Shown here: positions 51,962-61,382 of the stretch, one piece after another
Position numbering within the stretch: the stretch's first letter is position 1
How the letters are laid out: each line of letters starts with the position of its first letter
Source of the DNA: Spirochaetia bacterium
GTDB lineage: Bacteria > Spirochaetota > Spirochaetia > SZUA-6 > Bin103
Assembly: GCA_965203515.1 (NCBI GenBank)
Contig: OZ241907.1
Coordinates: forward strand, 1,728,001-1,792,000
DNA: 64,000 bases
Reading direction: 5' to 3'
Made by a program: the position numbers and the translations under genes
The notes under the pieces: model-generated
Seen by the model: only the letters and a program-made list of their open reading frames with translations
Databases searched by the model: none
Told to the model about the DNA's origin: nothing

Positions 51962-53294
51962 CTACGGGTGCCCACGATCCTCGCCGGGGCGGCCGAATCC
52001 GGCGCCGAGGTGGCGGTAGCGGTGATGGGCGGCGCACAGCAGCCGGAGATTGTTCGGCTCGGCGGCGCCGCCGCAGGCATACGGCACGACGTGATCGATC
52101 TGCAGCAGGTGTTGCGAGCCGCAGCGGCGCCCGCTGGTGCCGTCCACGTAGCGGCAGCGGCCCCGGTCGCGCCGCCAGACCTCGCGCTTGACCGCCGCCG
52201 GGATGGCGCGGCCGGTCACGCCGCCGGCCTTCGCTGCCGAAGTTTCGGTCCGCGCAGGCGGCGCAGCCCGCGCCGCGCCCGCCGCCGCAGCCTGCCGGCC
52301 GGGGCGCCGCGTCTTCGCCGCCGAAATGGTGTCGGTCGCCGGCTTCGCTGCCGAAGTGTCCGGGCGGTCAGCGGCTTCGTCTCCCGGCTGCGCCGGCGCC
52401 TGAGCCGATACCTTCGCCGCCGAAGGAGCGGCGCTGTTCGAGCCGGCGTCCTGCTTCGCTGCCGAGGCAGCGCCGCGAGCCGAGGCCGCCTGCGTCTTCG
52501 GCGCCGAAGTTTGCTCGGCCCCTTTGGCCGGCGCGGCGCGCCGCCCGCGCGGCGGCCGGGCCGGGTCGTAGCGGTCGAGCCCTTCCCGCACCAGGCCGCC
52601 CCATGAGCTGCCCCAACGTCAGGTGCGGGTCGACGTGGGACAGGAGGCCCTTGAGCCGCTCCAAGCCCCGCCGGCACTCATCGTCGATCACCGCCTTGAG
52701 CTCCCAGCTCCCGCCGCCCAGGGGCCGCACCCGATCCGCCGGCGCCGCCAGCTCCGGGTCCACCTCGGCCAGCAACTGCATCACCTCCCGGCTGCTCTTG
52801 CCGGACGCCTGCTCCACCAGCTCCCGCCGCGCCTCCGAGTCCAGCGCCGGCGCCGGCTTCCGCTCCGCCGACCGCGGCGGCGCCGAGCCCTCCTGCGACT
52901 GAGCGGCAGCCCCGAACCCGGCCCCGCGCGGCGCGCTACGCGCCGCGCGTTCCTTCTTGCGCTCCTGCCGGTCGAACGCATGCTGCAACTGCGCGGCCGC
53001 GTTCTGCAGGCGCTCGCGCACGCCGGCGACGTCCGCGCAGAGCCGCATCGCCTTGATGCGCCGCCACGCCGCAGCGTCGCTGTAACCCAGTTCGCGCACC
53101 GCGTAATCGAACAGGCTCGAGAACCCGCGCCGCAGGTAGAGGCGGCGCTTATGAATCTCGCGCAGGTGGTCGATCACGACCACTTCGAGATGGTGTTCGA
53201 TGCCGGAAAGTTCCTTGGTCCGCTCCAGCAGGCGGTCGTCTGAGAGGGCGGATACGGTAGTGGTGACGGCCCCGTCGGAAGCACGATTGTACAT
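51962..53294 (-). pseudogene. HNH endonuclease with N-terminal helical (DUF222-like) region, frameshifted near 52596
   Basis: N-terminal LSDDRLL...LYLRRGFSSLFDYAVRELGYS. C-terminal IPAAVKREVWRRDRGRC...QIDHVVP..GG...NLRLLCAAHH is in another frame. Confidence 0.8.
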
Positions 53295-53300
53295 GACATA

Positions 53301-53329
53301 AGTATAACCATGGAAACTACTTGAGTCAA
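53301..53329 (-). promoter_or_regulatory. Near-consensus sigma70 promoter of the HNH gene
   Basis: Minus strand TTGACT-N17-TATACT. Confidence 0.75.
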
Positions 53330-53379
53330 TTTCTTCGGCCCGGAAGATGCCACCTGCGGGAGTGACTCGGCGGCGCATT

Positions 53380-53664
53380 TCCCAAGACCGACGTCGCTAT
53401 CCTCTCACCGGCTGACTTCTTGCAGCTTCACGGCGCCGCGCTGGCGCTCATGGGCGGCGGACCGAGCAGACCGTCCTAATCCGCCAGCCGAACCAGAAGC
53501 TGCTTCCCTCCAGCGTTTGGCGCGCCCAATACAGGTTCTGGTACTGATCGTAGCCGCCCTCGCTCTCGCTCCCTGCCAGCCTTGCGCGCCGGTCGCGGTG
53601 GTGCCGCCGCCCGGCGCCGCGCCAAAGGTCACGGTTGGGGCAGTCGTGTAGCCGCTCCCACGGT
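53380..53664 (+). repeat. Direct repeat copy B: decayed copy of the PIN 3' end and lipoprotein 3' end
   Basis: Matches 50061-50350; carries 1-bp deletions that break the lipoprotein frame. Confidence 0.9.
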
Positions 53665-53731
53665 CCGTAACCCCGGTCACGTGAGTAAACGCGCGGTTGC
53701 GCGACCGGCGCGGCCCGCGTACCGTGGCGCC

Positions 53732-54708
53732 ATGGCTATCGCCAAGACCGCCGTTGGGCCGCCCCGTCCCGACACGGCTGCCGCGCCGGAGCCCGAGTTC
53801 CCCGGCTGCACGCCGGTCCATCTGCCGGCAGACGAGATCGAACGCAGCGACCAGCGGTTGGAGTACTGGGACGGCGCTACCGAGACCGCCTGGATCTGCG
53901 AACCGGTCAGCCCCTGTCACGAGCGGCCGCCGGCCGCCTGACCCGGCTCACCGAACGGATCGCGCAGCTGCGCGGCGCGCCGATCGAAAGCTACGGCTCG
54001 ATGGACCTGCGGCAGCACGACGGGCCGCGCAGCATCATGCAGGCCGACGAGTCGGTGTACCTGCATCCGGGCAGCGCGCGGTTGCCGGGACCGTCGGCGA
54101 TGGTGATCGGCGTGGACGACTATCCCGACGTGGTGCTGGAGGTCGACCACACCACCGACGTGCGGCGCGGCAAGCTGGGGCTGTACGAGTCGTGGGGGTT
54201 CCCGGAGGTATGGGTGGAGGTGCCGGACGAGACCGCGCCGAGCCGCCCGCGGGGCCGGCGGCCGGGGCTGACGATCCACCTGCTGGAGGCCGGCGCGTAC
54301 CGGGCGGCGCCGGAGAGCCGGGCGTTTCCGGGCTGGACGGCGGAGGAGATCCACTTGGCGCTGAACGAACCGGCGCTGTCGGCGCAGACCAGCGCGATAC
54401 TGGAGCGGGTGGGGAGGGCGCTCGGCAAGCGGGAGGGCACCGGGCCGGACCACGATCCGCTGCTGCGGTCGCAACGGCGCCGCGGGTACGAGCGCGGCCT
54501 GGAGCACGGGCGGGCGGAGGAACGCGCGCTGCTGTGCCGGCAGGCGGCGCGGAAGTTCGACGACGACACGGCGCAACGGCTCGCAGTGCTGCTGGAGCGG
54601 ACCGCCGATCCGGACCGCCTGGCGCAGGCCGGCGACTGGATCATCGAGTGCGCGACCGGAGCCGAGCTCCTCGACCGGGTAGCAGGCAACACCGCGCGCC
54701 GGACGTGA
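53732..54708 (+). pseudogene. Uma2 family endonuclease with Rpn-like C-terminal tail, frameshifted near 53930
   Basis: RLEYWDG...VSPCHERP, then a frame change to RLTRLTERIA...QADESVY...PDVVLEVD...KLGLYESWGFPEVW. Confidence 0.8.
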
Positions 54709-54797
54709 CCCGCGGGGGCCAAAATGGCGCAGCGGACGACTTCCACTGACCAAGGCCGCACCGCATGATGGGCGAAGCACGCTGATCGCACGACATT

Positions 54798-54832
54798 CTT
54801 GAAAATCGGTAGTTGACCTATCGATTTTCAAG
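54798..54832. repeat. Inverted repeat with 15-bp arms
   Basis: CTTGAAAATCGGTAG-ttgac-CTATCGATTTTCAAG (one mismatch). Confidence 0.8.
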
Positions 54833-54847
54833 GATCATGCCCGTTCG

Positions 54848-54985
54848 ATGCGCGTCGCTCTGGCCGACCTGGGGCTGGATCACCTCTGGGTCCTCTATCC
54901 GGGTGACCGGACCTACCCGCTGGACGACCGGATCACGGTACTACCGGCGGCGCTGATTCCACGTCTGGCGAAGTCGATTCGGTAG
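54848..54985 (+). pseudogene. C-terminal remnant of an AAA/DUF4143 ATP-binding protein
   Basis: MRVALADLGLDHLWVLYPGDRTYPLDDRITVLP resembles the DUF4143-protein C-terminus; the rest of the gene is absent. Confidence 0.55.
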
Positions 54986-55850
54986 ATGCTTGGCGGGTCC
55001 AGGCACGAGTGCGTCGCGCCAGCTCGCCCACGGCGCCCGCTCCTTCGTCCACGAATCGCGCCACGCGACCGAAGCGCAGGTCGAGATACTCGTGCGCCAT
55101 CAGGTTGCGCACCGCCGCCAGCGGCGCCGCCAGCGGCTGCAGGCGCTCCGACAGTCCGGTGAAGCCCGGCAGGGTCTCCAGGTCCGCAAGTATCTGGCCG
55201 TAGGAATAGGGCAGCGGCCGGCCGCCGGAGGACAGCACGATCTTGCCGATGTCGATCGCGGCGTTGATCAGCGTCTCCACCCACCGCTCGAGATTGCGCC
55301 GGAGGTCGCGGTCGGATCGATAGCGCCGCTGCGTGATGCCGCGGAAGCGCTCGCGGTCCTGCAGCTCGGTTTCGATGAAGTCCGCGATCCGTTCGAGCCG
55401 GCTGCGGTCGACCGGCGAGAGCGAGCGACTGCGGCCGCGTATCGCGCGATACTCGCCTTCGGTCTGCAGGAAGTCGGTCGCTATCGAGGTGACCGCGAGC
55501 AGATACCGCGTGTAGAACGCCCGGTCCCGCATCAGGACGATGCGTCCGGTCGTGAGCGCCGCGGCGCACACCGTCGCCGGCGCCCGGTTCAGGATCAGAA
55601 GCTCCACGTTGCGCTGCGTCGCTCGCTCCAGGGCGATCTGCAACTCGGTCTCCCGGTCGATCTCCCGGTCCCGTTCGATTTCGAGCCGTCCGCCCGTTGC
55701 GCCGTAGACCGCCACGTCGATGTCCGAATCGGGCCGCATCCGGCCGGCGGCCGCCGATCCGAACAGCACCGCGAACGTCAGCTTCGGAAAGCGTTCCAGC
55801 CCCGCGCCGACCGCCGCGGTGATCTCATCGGCTGCCGCCATCGGATCCAT
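54933..55850 (-). CDS. Fused MNT nucleotidyltransferase-HEPN (DUF86) protein
   Basis: LFGSAAAGRMRPDSDIDVAV, then NLERWVETLINAAIDIGK...VRNLMAHEY in a single ORF. Confidence 0.85.
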   Translation of the reverse strand: MDPMAAADEITAAVGAGLERFPKLTFAVLFGSAAAGRMRPDSDIDVAVYGATGGRLEIERDREIDRETELQIALERATQRNVELLILNRAPATVCAAALTTGRIVLMRDRAFYTRYLLAVTSIATDFLQTEGEYRAIRGRSRSLSPVDRSRLERIADFIETELQDRERFRGITQRRYRSDRDLRRNLERWVETLINAAIDIGKIVLSSGGRPLPYSYGQILADLETLPGFTGLSERLQPLAAPLAAVRNLMAHEYLDLRFGRVARFVDEGAGAVGELARRTRAWTRQASTESTSPDVESAPPVVP

Positions 55851-55889
55851 CGTCTCATACCGGCGCGCAGCCGGCCTCCTCGTCCCTGC

Positions 55890-56885
55890 CTATCCCTCGG
55901 GCAGCACGTGCACGGCGCGCAGGATCGTCTCCTGCACGGCAAGCTCATGATCGAGCGAGCGGTCGGGCGCGCGCTCGCCGCGGATCACCCCAACGATCGC
56001 CCGCAGGCTGCCGACGTAGCGCGGCTCGTCCGCCACCGGAACCGGCTGCGGCCCCTTGCGGAACCCGTCGCGGTCCGCGTCCAGGCTCAGCCGTACCGAC
56101 GGCGGCTCGATCGGGCTGAGCGCAACCGAGCCGCGCGTGCCGTGCACCTCCAGCCGGCGGGCGCCATGGTCGACCTCGAAGGCGGTCGACTGCAGCAACG
56201 CCAGCGCCCGCGGGTACTCCAGGATCACGGCCGTATTGTTCACGGCGCCGGCAAGCGATGCGGCGTGGTCGCGCAGGATGCCGGTGACGTGCTGCGGCCG
56301 CCCCAGCAGCGCCACCACCAGATCGATCACGTGGCACAGGATTTCATACGCCGGCCCGCCCGGAAGCCGCGTCAGCGTGGCCCGTGCGGACTGCGTGCCG
56401 GTCAGCGAGATGTGCCCCTGCACGGCGTGGATATCTCCCAACCGTCCGGAGCGCGCCCAGTCGAGCAGGAACCGCGCGCCCGGATTGTACCGGAACATAT
56501 AGCCAAGCTGGACGAGCAGGTTGCGCTCACGGGCGGTCTCCACCACTCGCCGGAACGCCTCCATGTCGAGGCCGGCCGGCTTGTCCAGCCACACGTGCTT
56601 GCCGGCGCCGACCGCGCGCTGCGCCCACCCGAGGCCCTGGAAGACGTCCCCTTCGACCGCTACCGCCTTGACCGTCGGGTCGGACAGCGCCTCATCGGCA
56701 TCGGCCAGCCAGCGCACGCCGGCGTACGCGGCCTGCTGCCCGGCCGCCGCGCGCCGCTCGGCGTCCGGTTCCCACACGCCTGCCAACTCCACGTCGGGGT
56801 TGTCGGCCATGACCTGCGCCTTGCCGGCCGCGTGCGAGTGACCGACGCCGAACTGTGCGAAGCGAATCGGAGGAAGACTGCTCAT
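55890..56885 (-). CDS. Gfo/Idh/MocA family oxidoreductase
   Basis: FGVGHSHA, HVWLDKP, GYMFRYNP. Confidence 0.85.
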   Translation of the reverse strand: MSSLPPIRFAQFGVGHSHAAGKAQVMADNPDVELAGVWEPDAERRAAAGQQAAYAGVRWLADADEALSDPTVKAVAVEGDVFQGLGWAQRAVGAGKHVWLDKPAGLDMEAFRRVVETARERNLLVQLGYMFRYNPGARFLLDWARSGRLGDIHAVQGHISLTGTQSARATLTRLPGGPAYEILCHVIDLVVALLGRPQHVTGILRDHAASLAGAVNNTAVILEYPRALALLQSTAFEVDHGARRLEVHGTRGSVALSPIEPPSVRLSLDADRDGFRKGPQPVPVADEPRYVGSLRAIVGVIRGERAPDRSLDHELAVQETILRAVHVLPEG

Positions 56886-58303
56886 GCCGGCAGCATAGTG
56901 TCACCGGTGGCGCGCTGCCAGTCGCGGACCCGCGCGGTCAAGGCGCGGCAGCGCTCGGCGTGTTCCGGGCGGAAGGCGAGGTTGACGGTCTCGCCCGGAT
57001 CGACGTTCAGATCGTACAGCTCGTGCTGGCCGGCGGCGCTCAGGCAGAACTTCCAGCCGTCCGGGGCGATGACGCAGCGCACGCGGTCCGCCAAGTCGGC
57101 CAGCCCGGCTGCGCGCGTGGTGATCCGGGCAAGATAGCCGGGCAGCGGGTCGCGTTGCAGATCGTCATGGACGAGGTAGTTGATGCCGGTCCACTCCACG
57201 AACGCGGGCCGCGCCGGCGGGCCGGCGCCGTCCAGCCACGGCGTGAGCGAGCGGCCCTGCAGGTGGCCGGGCGCGGCGATGCCGAGCTCGTCCAACACGG
57301 TCGGCGCGACGTCGACGTGGCTCACCGGCGCGCGCACGTGCCGGGCGCCGCGCTGTCCCGGCCGGCTGATCAGCAGCGGCACGCCGATCGACTCCTCGAA
57401 CATCAGGTTCTTGCCGAACAACTGGTGGCTGCCGGCCAGTTCGCCGTGATCGGCGGTGAAGATGACCAGCGTGTCGTCGGTCACGCCGGCGGCGTCGAGC
57501 TGATCGAACACCCGCCCCAGGGCGCGGTCGACCTGCGCGCAGAGCCCCCAGTAGCGCTGGATCAGCAGGCGCCATGCCTGCTCGGACCGTAGCGAGATGC
57601 CGTCCTTGCCGTGCCGCAGCACGCACCGGTGCTCCAGCAGCGCCTTGCGCGGCTGATCCGGGGCCGGCGGACAGGACCAGTTGGCCGGCAGGGGCACCTG
57701 GTCGAAGGGATGCAGGTCGTTCAGCGGGCCGGACAGCGGATCGTGCGGCTCGTAGAAGCAGAGGGTGAGGGCGAACGGCCGGCGGCAGTGTCGGCGGATG
57801 AAGTCGCACGCCTTGGCGGCGATGTTGGCCGGCCCGCCCAGATGCTCCGGTATGGAGGGGCGGTCCCGCTTGCCGAAGCGGACGCCATCCAGCGGCGTCA
57901 GGCCGTGCGCGCGCAGCACCGACGCCGGCGCGCCGTCGTCGAAGTCGAGCTCGTCGATGCCGCCGGCGCGCGGCGCCGGTCCGCCGGCATAGCGATGGTG
58001 GCCGCTGCGGCCGAAGAACCCGCACGCCCAGCGGTCGTCGAGCAGATCGGTCAGGCACGGGACGTGGTCGTGCATCGGATGCCGGTCCAGCGTGAGCTGG
58101 CCGTTGTAGTGCGGCCAGGTGCCGCTGAAGAGCGCGGCGCGCGCCGGACCGCAGACCGGTTGCGCGCAGTACGCGCGGTGAAAGACCGTGCTGCGCTCGG
58201 CCAGCGCGTTCAGGCGCGGCACCCGGATGCGGTCGTTGCCGTAGGCGGCCAGGGTGGAGCGCGCCTGTTGGTCGGTGACGATCAGCAGGAGGTTGGGCGT
58301 CAT
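56882..58303 (-). CDS. Sulfatase
   Basis: PNLLLIVTDQ, CGPAR (CxPxR), EPHDP, FTADHGE, ELYDL..DPGE. Confidence 0.92.
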   Translation of the reverse strand: MTPNLLLIVTDQQARSTLAAYGNDRIRVPRLNALAERSTVFHRAYCAQPVCGPARAALFSGTWPHYNGQLTLDRHPMHDHVPCLTDLLDDRWACGFFGRSGHHRYAGGPAPRAGGIDELDFDDGAPASVLRAHGLTPLDGVRFGKRDRPSIPEHLGGPANIAAKACDFIRRHCRRPFALTLCFYEPHDPLSGPLNDLHPFDQVPLPANWSCPPAPDQPRKALLEHRCVLRHGKDGISLRSEQAWRLLIQRYWGLCAQVDRALGRVFDQLDAAGVTDDTLVIFTADHGELAGSHQLFGKNLMFEESIGVPLLISRPGQRGARHVRAPVSHVDVAPTVLDELGIAAPGHLQGRSLTPWLDGAGPPARPAFVEWTGINYLVHDDLQRDPLPGYLARITTRAAGLADLADRVRCVIAPDGWKFCLSAAGQHELYDLNVDPGETVNLAFRPEHAERCRALTARVRDWQRATGDTMLPA

Positions 58304-58348
58304 GCCGGATGCGAAAGACGCGTACGCGCAGGCGGCTGCCGGAAGCGG

Positions 58349-59140
58349 CTACCCGGCGGCGGCGGTCTCCCGGACGAGGCGGCGCTCGTGGTCCGGCCGG
58401 CCGTCCGGCTGCGGGGTGATCGGCGCGCCGGCCGGCATGTAGATCACGTTCATGGCCCTCCGCCGGCGGCCGGTCGGGTTGGGGTCGGAACCGTGCAGCA
58501 CGCGCGGGTCGAGCAGATAGGACTCGCCGGCCGCGGCGGTCAGGACCACCCGTTCCCGGTCGCCGTCCTGCGCGGCGGCGCGGGCACGGGCGCGGGCGGT
58601 CACCTCCTGCCACGGCAGGCCGTCGGCGTCGAAGTGCTGGCTGCCGGGCAGGACGTACATCGCCCCGTTGTCCGGGCCGGCATCGTCGAGCGCGGTCCAG
58701 ATCGTGCAGTACGGCGTGCCGGGAACGGGAAAGCCGGCGCCGGTGTCCTGGTGCCAGCTCAGCGCCGTGCCGCCGTGCGCGGGCTTCATCAGGATCATGG
58801 CCCGGTGAATCGCCAGCGGCCGCGGTACCAGCCGGCCGATCACCTCCAGCATGGCCGAACCGGCGATCACGGGGTAGAACACCGGGTCCCACTCCAGACC
58901 GCCGATCTTGCGGTAGCCGTCGGACGGGCCGGCGTAGGCGTAGCCGGTGGCGTCGCCGGCCGTGCGGCGCCAACCTTCGTCGAGCTGGAAGCCGACGCGG
59001 CCGGGAGGGACGCGGCCGGCGGTCAGGTCGTCGGTGCGGCGGCGGAGCGCAGCCAGCTCCGCGGCGCTCAACAGCGCGCCGAGCGGCAGGTAGCCGCCGG
59101 CGTGGAAGCGGTCGAGCTGCTCGCCGGTGAGCGCGGCCAT
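58349..59140 (-). CDS. Phytanoyl-CoA dioxygenase (PhyH) family protein
   Basis: WHQD, WTALDDA...NGAMYVLPGS, VLHGSDPN..RRR. Confidence 0.9.
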   Translation of the reverse strand: MAALTGEQLDRFHAGGYLPLGALLSAAELAALRRRTDDLTAGRVPPGRVGFQLDEGWRRTAGDATGYAYAGPSDGYRKIGGLEWDPVFYPVIAGSAMLEVIGRLVPRPLAIHRAMILMKPAHGGTALSWHQDTGAGFPVPGTPYCTIWTALDDAGPDNGAMYVLPGSQHFDADGLPWQEVTARARARAAAQDGDRERVVLTAAAGESYLLDPRVLHGSDPNPTGRRRRAMNVIYMPAGAPITPQPDGRPDHERRLVRETAAAG

Positions 59141-59144
59141 CGAT

Positions 59145-59543
59145 CTAGCCGGCGGGCGGCGCGCCGCGCAGCTTTTCCAGGATGAACTCGTTGCCCAGGC
59201 CGTAGGTCTTCGAGTCATCCATGAGCAGCGCCATGTTCGGGAAGCTGACGATCCGCCATCCGTCGTTCATCGCCTCCAACACGCTCTGGTAGGGCCAGTC
59301 CTCGGGCGCCTCCGGGCACGCCTGCACCGCGCCGTCCTCGACCAGGGCCATGCCGTTGACCTTGGAGGTGACCGAGGAGAACAGGGTCCACAGGTAGAGG
59401 ATATCCTGGCGTTGGCGCTGCGCGTTGCCGGCCGCCGCGCGGGCGGCGTCGGCGCACGCGCGCAGCCGCTCCACCGGCAGGCGGCCCGCCTCCAGGAGGT
59501 GAACGCACTGCTGCAGCTCGCCGGCCAGATCGTTCGCGTCCAT
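59145..59543 (-). CDS. Small hypothetical protein (paralog of 60216-60509)
   Basis: RQDILYL...DWPYQSVLEAMNDGWRIVSFP...YGLGNEFILEK. Confidence 0.8.
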   Translation of the reverse strand: MDANDLAGELQQCVHLLEAGRLPVERLRACADAARAAAGNAQRQRQDILYLWTLFSSVTSKVNGMALVEDGAVQACPEAPEDWPYQSVLEAMNDGWRIVSFPNMALLMDDSKTYGLGNEFILEKLRGAPPAG

Positions 59544-59718
59544 GGATGCCACACTGCTCCCCGCCGCGCCTCCTGTCAATCGCGCGCAGGGACGGGGGGC
59601 GCGGCCGGTCCGGCGTCTTGCCTCTGTCTTTGCGCGGTCGTTGCGCGCGCTGGCCGGTTTGGCGATAATCGCGCGGCACGAGGGAGCGGGCGGCCGGCCC
59701 GCCTCGGAGGAGGAACAC

Positions 59719-60219
59719 ATGAGCTTACGGAAGACGACGATCGCCTCGTTGGCGGCGGCGGCGGTGATCGCGGCGGCCTCCACGGCAACCGCTCAGGAGA
59801 GCGGCACCTATCGGTCGGTCAGCAGCTTTCTCCATGGGTACGTCACGGTCGAGCATGACGGGGAGACCTACGTCGGCGGGCCGCTCAAAGGGACGATGAC
59901 GATCGTCGAGAGCAGCGGCGGGCCGTTCGTCGTCGGCGCTAACACCATCGCGGAATGCGTGGTCTTCTCCCGGAATCGGGCCGACGGCCTGCTCATCGAG
60001 GCGCCGTGCGTATTCATGGGCGCAGGCGACGACGTGCTCCATACGTATGCGATACGGAAGGAGGGCACCCTGGCGGTCGGCGGCGGCGGCGAGGGCACGT
60101 GGGAGCTGCGGGGCGGCACCGGCAAGTACGCGCGGATCACGGGAAGCTGCTCCTACCGGACCGAGTACCTGAAAGGCGACCGAGTGGTGGTCAGCTCCGA
60201 CTGCACCTGGAGCCGATGA
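59719..60219 (+). CDS. Exported hypothetical beta-rich protein
   Basis: RBS GGAGGAGG; signal peptide ending ATA-Q; WELRGGTGKYARITG motif. Confidence 0.7.
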   Translation: MSLRKTTIASLAAAAVIAAASTATAQESGTYRSVSSFLHGYVTVEHDGETYVGGPLKGTMTIVESSGGPFVVGANTIAECVVFSRNRADGLLIEAPCVFMGAGDDVLHTYAIRKEGTLAVGGGGEGTWELRGGTGKYARITGSCSYRTEYLKGDRVVVSSDCTWSR

Positions 60220-60509
60220 CGAACCCGACCGAGATCAAGCGACCGGGCGGCCGGCAGGACCTGCTCTATCTGCAGGCCGAGCAGACCTCGGTGACCAGCC
60301 GGGTGATCGGCATGAGCCTGTTCGTCGATGGGCGGTTCAGCGACGGCCCGGAGGCCGCCGACGATTGGCCGTATCAGACCGTGGCCGAAGCGATGGCGGA
60401 CGGATGGCGCATCGTCAAGTTCCCGGAGATGGCGCTGCTCCTCGACGACCGGCGCACCTACGGATTGGGCTGCGAGTTCATCCTGGAACGATGGAAGGAG
60501 GCGACGTGA
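60216..60509 (+). CDS. Small hypothetical protein (paralog of 59145-59543)
   Basis: RQDLLYL...DWPYQTVAEAMADGWRIVKFP...YGLGCEFILER; ATGA and GTGA overlaps on either side. Confidence 0.8.
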   Translation: MTNPTEIKRPGGRQDLLYLQAEQTSVTSRVIGMSLFVDGRFSDGPEAADDWPYQTVAEAMADGWRIVKFPEMALLLDDRRTYGLGCEFILERWKEAT

Positions 60510-61360
60510 GACTGCACGACTGCGAGCCGACCTTGACCGACTCTCAGGTCTTGGAGTTCTGCAAGCGGGGCTTCCTGATGCTGGAAGCGGTCGTCGGCGA
60601 CGACGTCAACCGGCGGACCGTGGAGTACCTGGAGACCGGCGACAGGGAACCGAGCGACATCCTCCGTCAGGACTGGTTCCTGAACGGCGTGATCCTGCAG
60701 CGCGACGCGGCGGGGGCGGTGCGGTCGCTGCTCGGCCGCGACTTCGGTCTGCCGGTCCTGATGAGCAACCATCGCGTCGCCTGTCCCTCGCCTCGCCAGT
60801 TCTGGCACCGCGACGGCAACTCCCCGCACGGGCCGGCGCTCAATTATCTGCAGGTCTTCTACTACCCGCAGGACGTGCCGCGGGAACTGGGGCCGACCGA
60901 GGTGCTGCCCGGCTCCCACTTCCTCTACACCATGGGGCAACTCCCGCAGAACTACATGGGCCACTACGGCGGTATCAGGGGGTCGGTCTACACCACCGCG
61001 CCGGCCGGTACGATCTTCGTCACCGTCTACTCGATCTGGCATCGCCGCAGCGAGGCGACCGGCTCCGGCGTGCGCAACAACCTCAAGTACAACTACTTCC
61101 GCACGACGGCGCCGCGCCGGGACTGGACCCGCGAAGAGGGGTTCGACTTCGCGACCGCCGACTACGGATTCGGCCAGCCGCTCACCTACCGGCAGCAGCA
61201 CCGCGACACGGTCGACAACGCCGAGATGTTCTGCTGGCTGTGCGGCAAGGCGGACCAGTTTCGCGTGCTGGGCGGTCAGGGGTGGCCGGTGGTCAACTCG
61301 GACAACCATCCGACCGTCGGCCGCCCATACGGGGTTCCGGCGGGGTTGGCTTCCCGGTAG
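60506..61360 (+). CDS. Phytanoyl-CoA dioxygenase (PhyH) family protein
   Basis: WHRD, GPTEVLPGSH, IWHRR. Confidence 0.85.
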   Translation: MRLHDCEPTLTDSQVLEFCKRGFLMLEAVVGDDVNRRTVEYLETGDREPSDILRQDWFLNGVILQRDAAGAVRSLLGRDFGLPVLMSNHRVACPSPRQFWHRDGNSPHGPALNYLQVFYYPQDVPRELGPTEVLPGSHFLYTMGQLPQNYMGHYGGIRGSVYTTAPAGTIFVTVYSIWHRRSEATGSGVRNNLKYNYFRTTAPRRDWTREEGFDFATADYGFGQPLTYRQQHRDTVDNAEMFCWLCGKADQFRVLGGQGWPVVNSDNHPTVGRPYGVPAGLASR

Positions 61361-61382
61361 GCCCGGGGCCGCCGGTCGCCGG

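Noticed and set aside
50270..52509. Repeat arrays as CRISPR
   Set aside because: The first array is a tandem coding repeat with no spacers. The second has 14-bp repeats with irregular in-frame spacing. No cas genes are present.
50061..53664. Direct repeat as a diversity-generating retroelement TR/VR pair
   Set aside because: The differences include indels and non-adenine substitutions, and there is no reverse transcriptase in the window.
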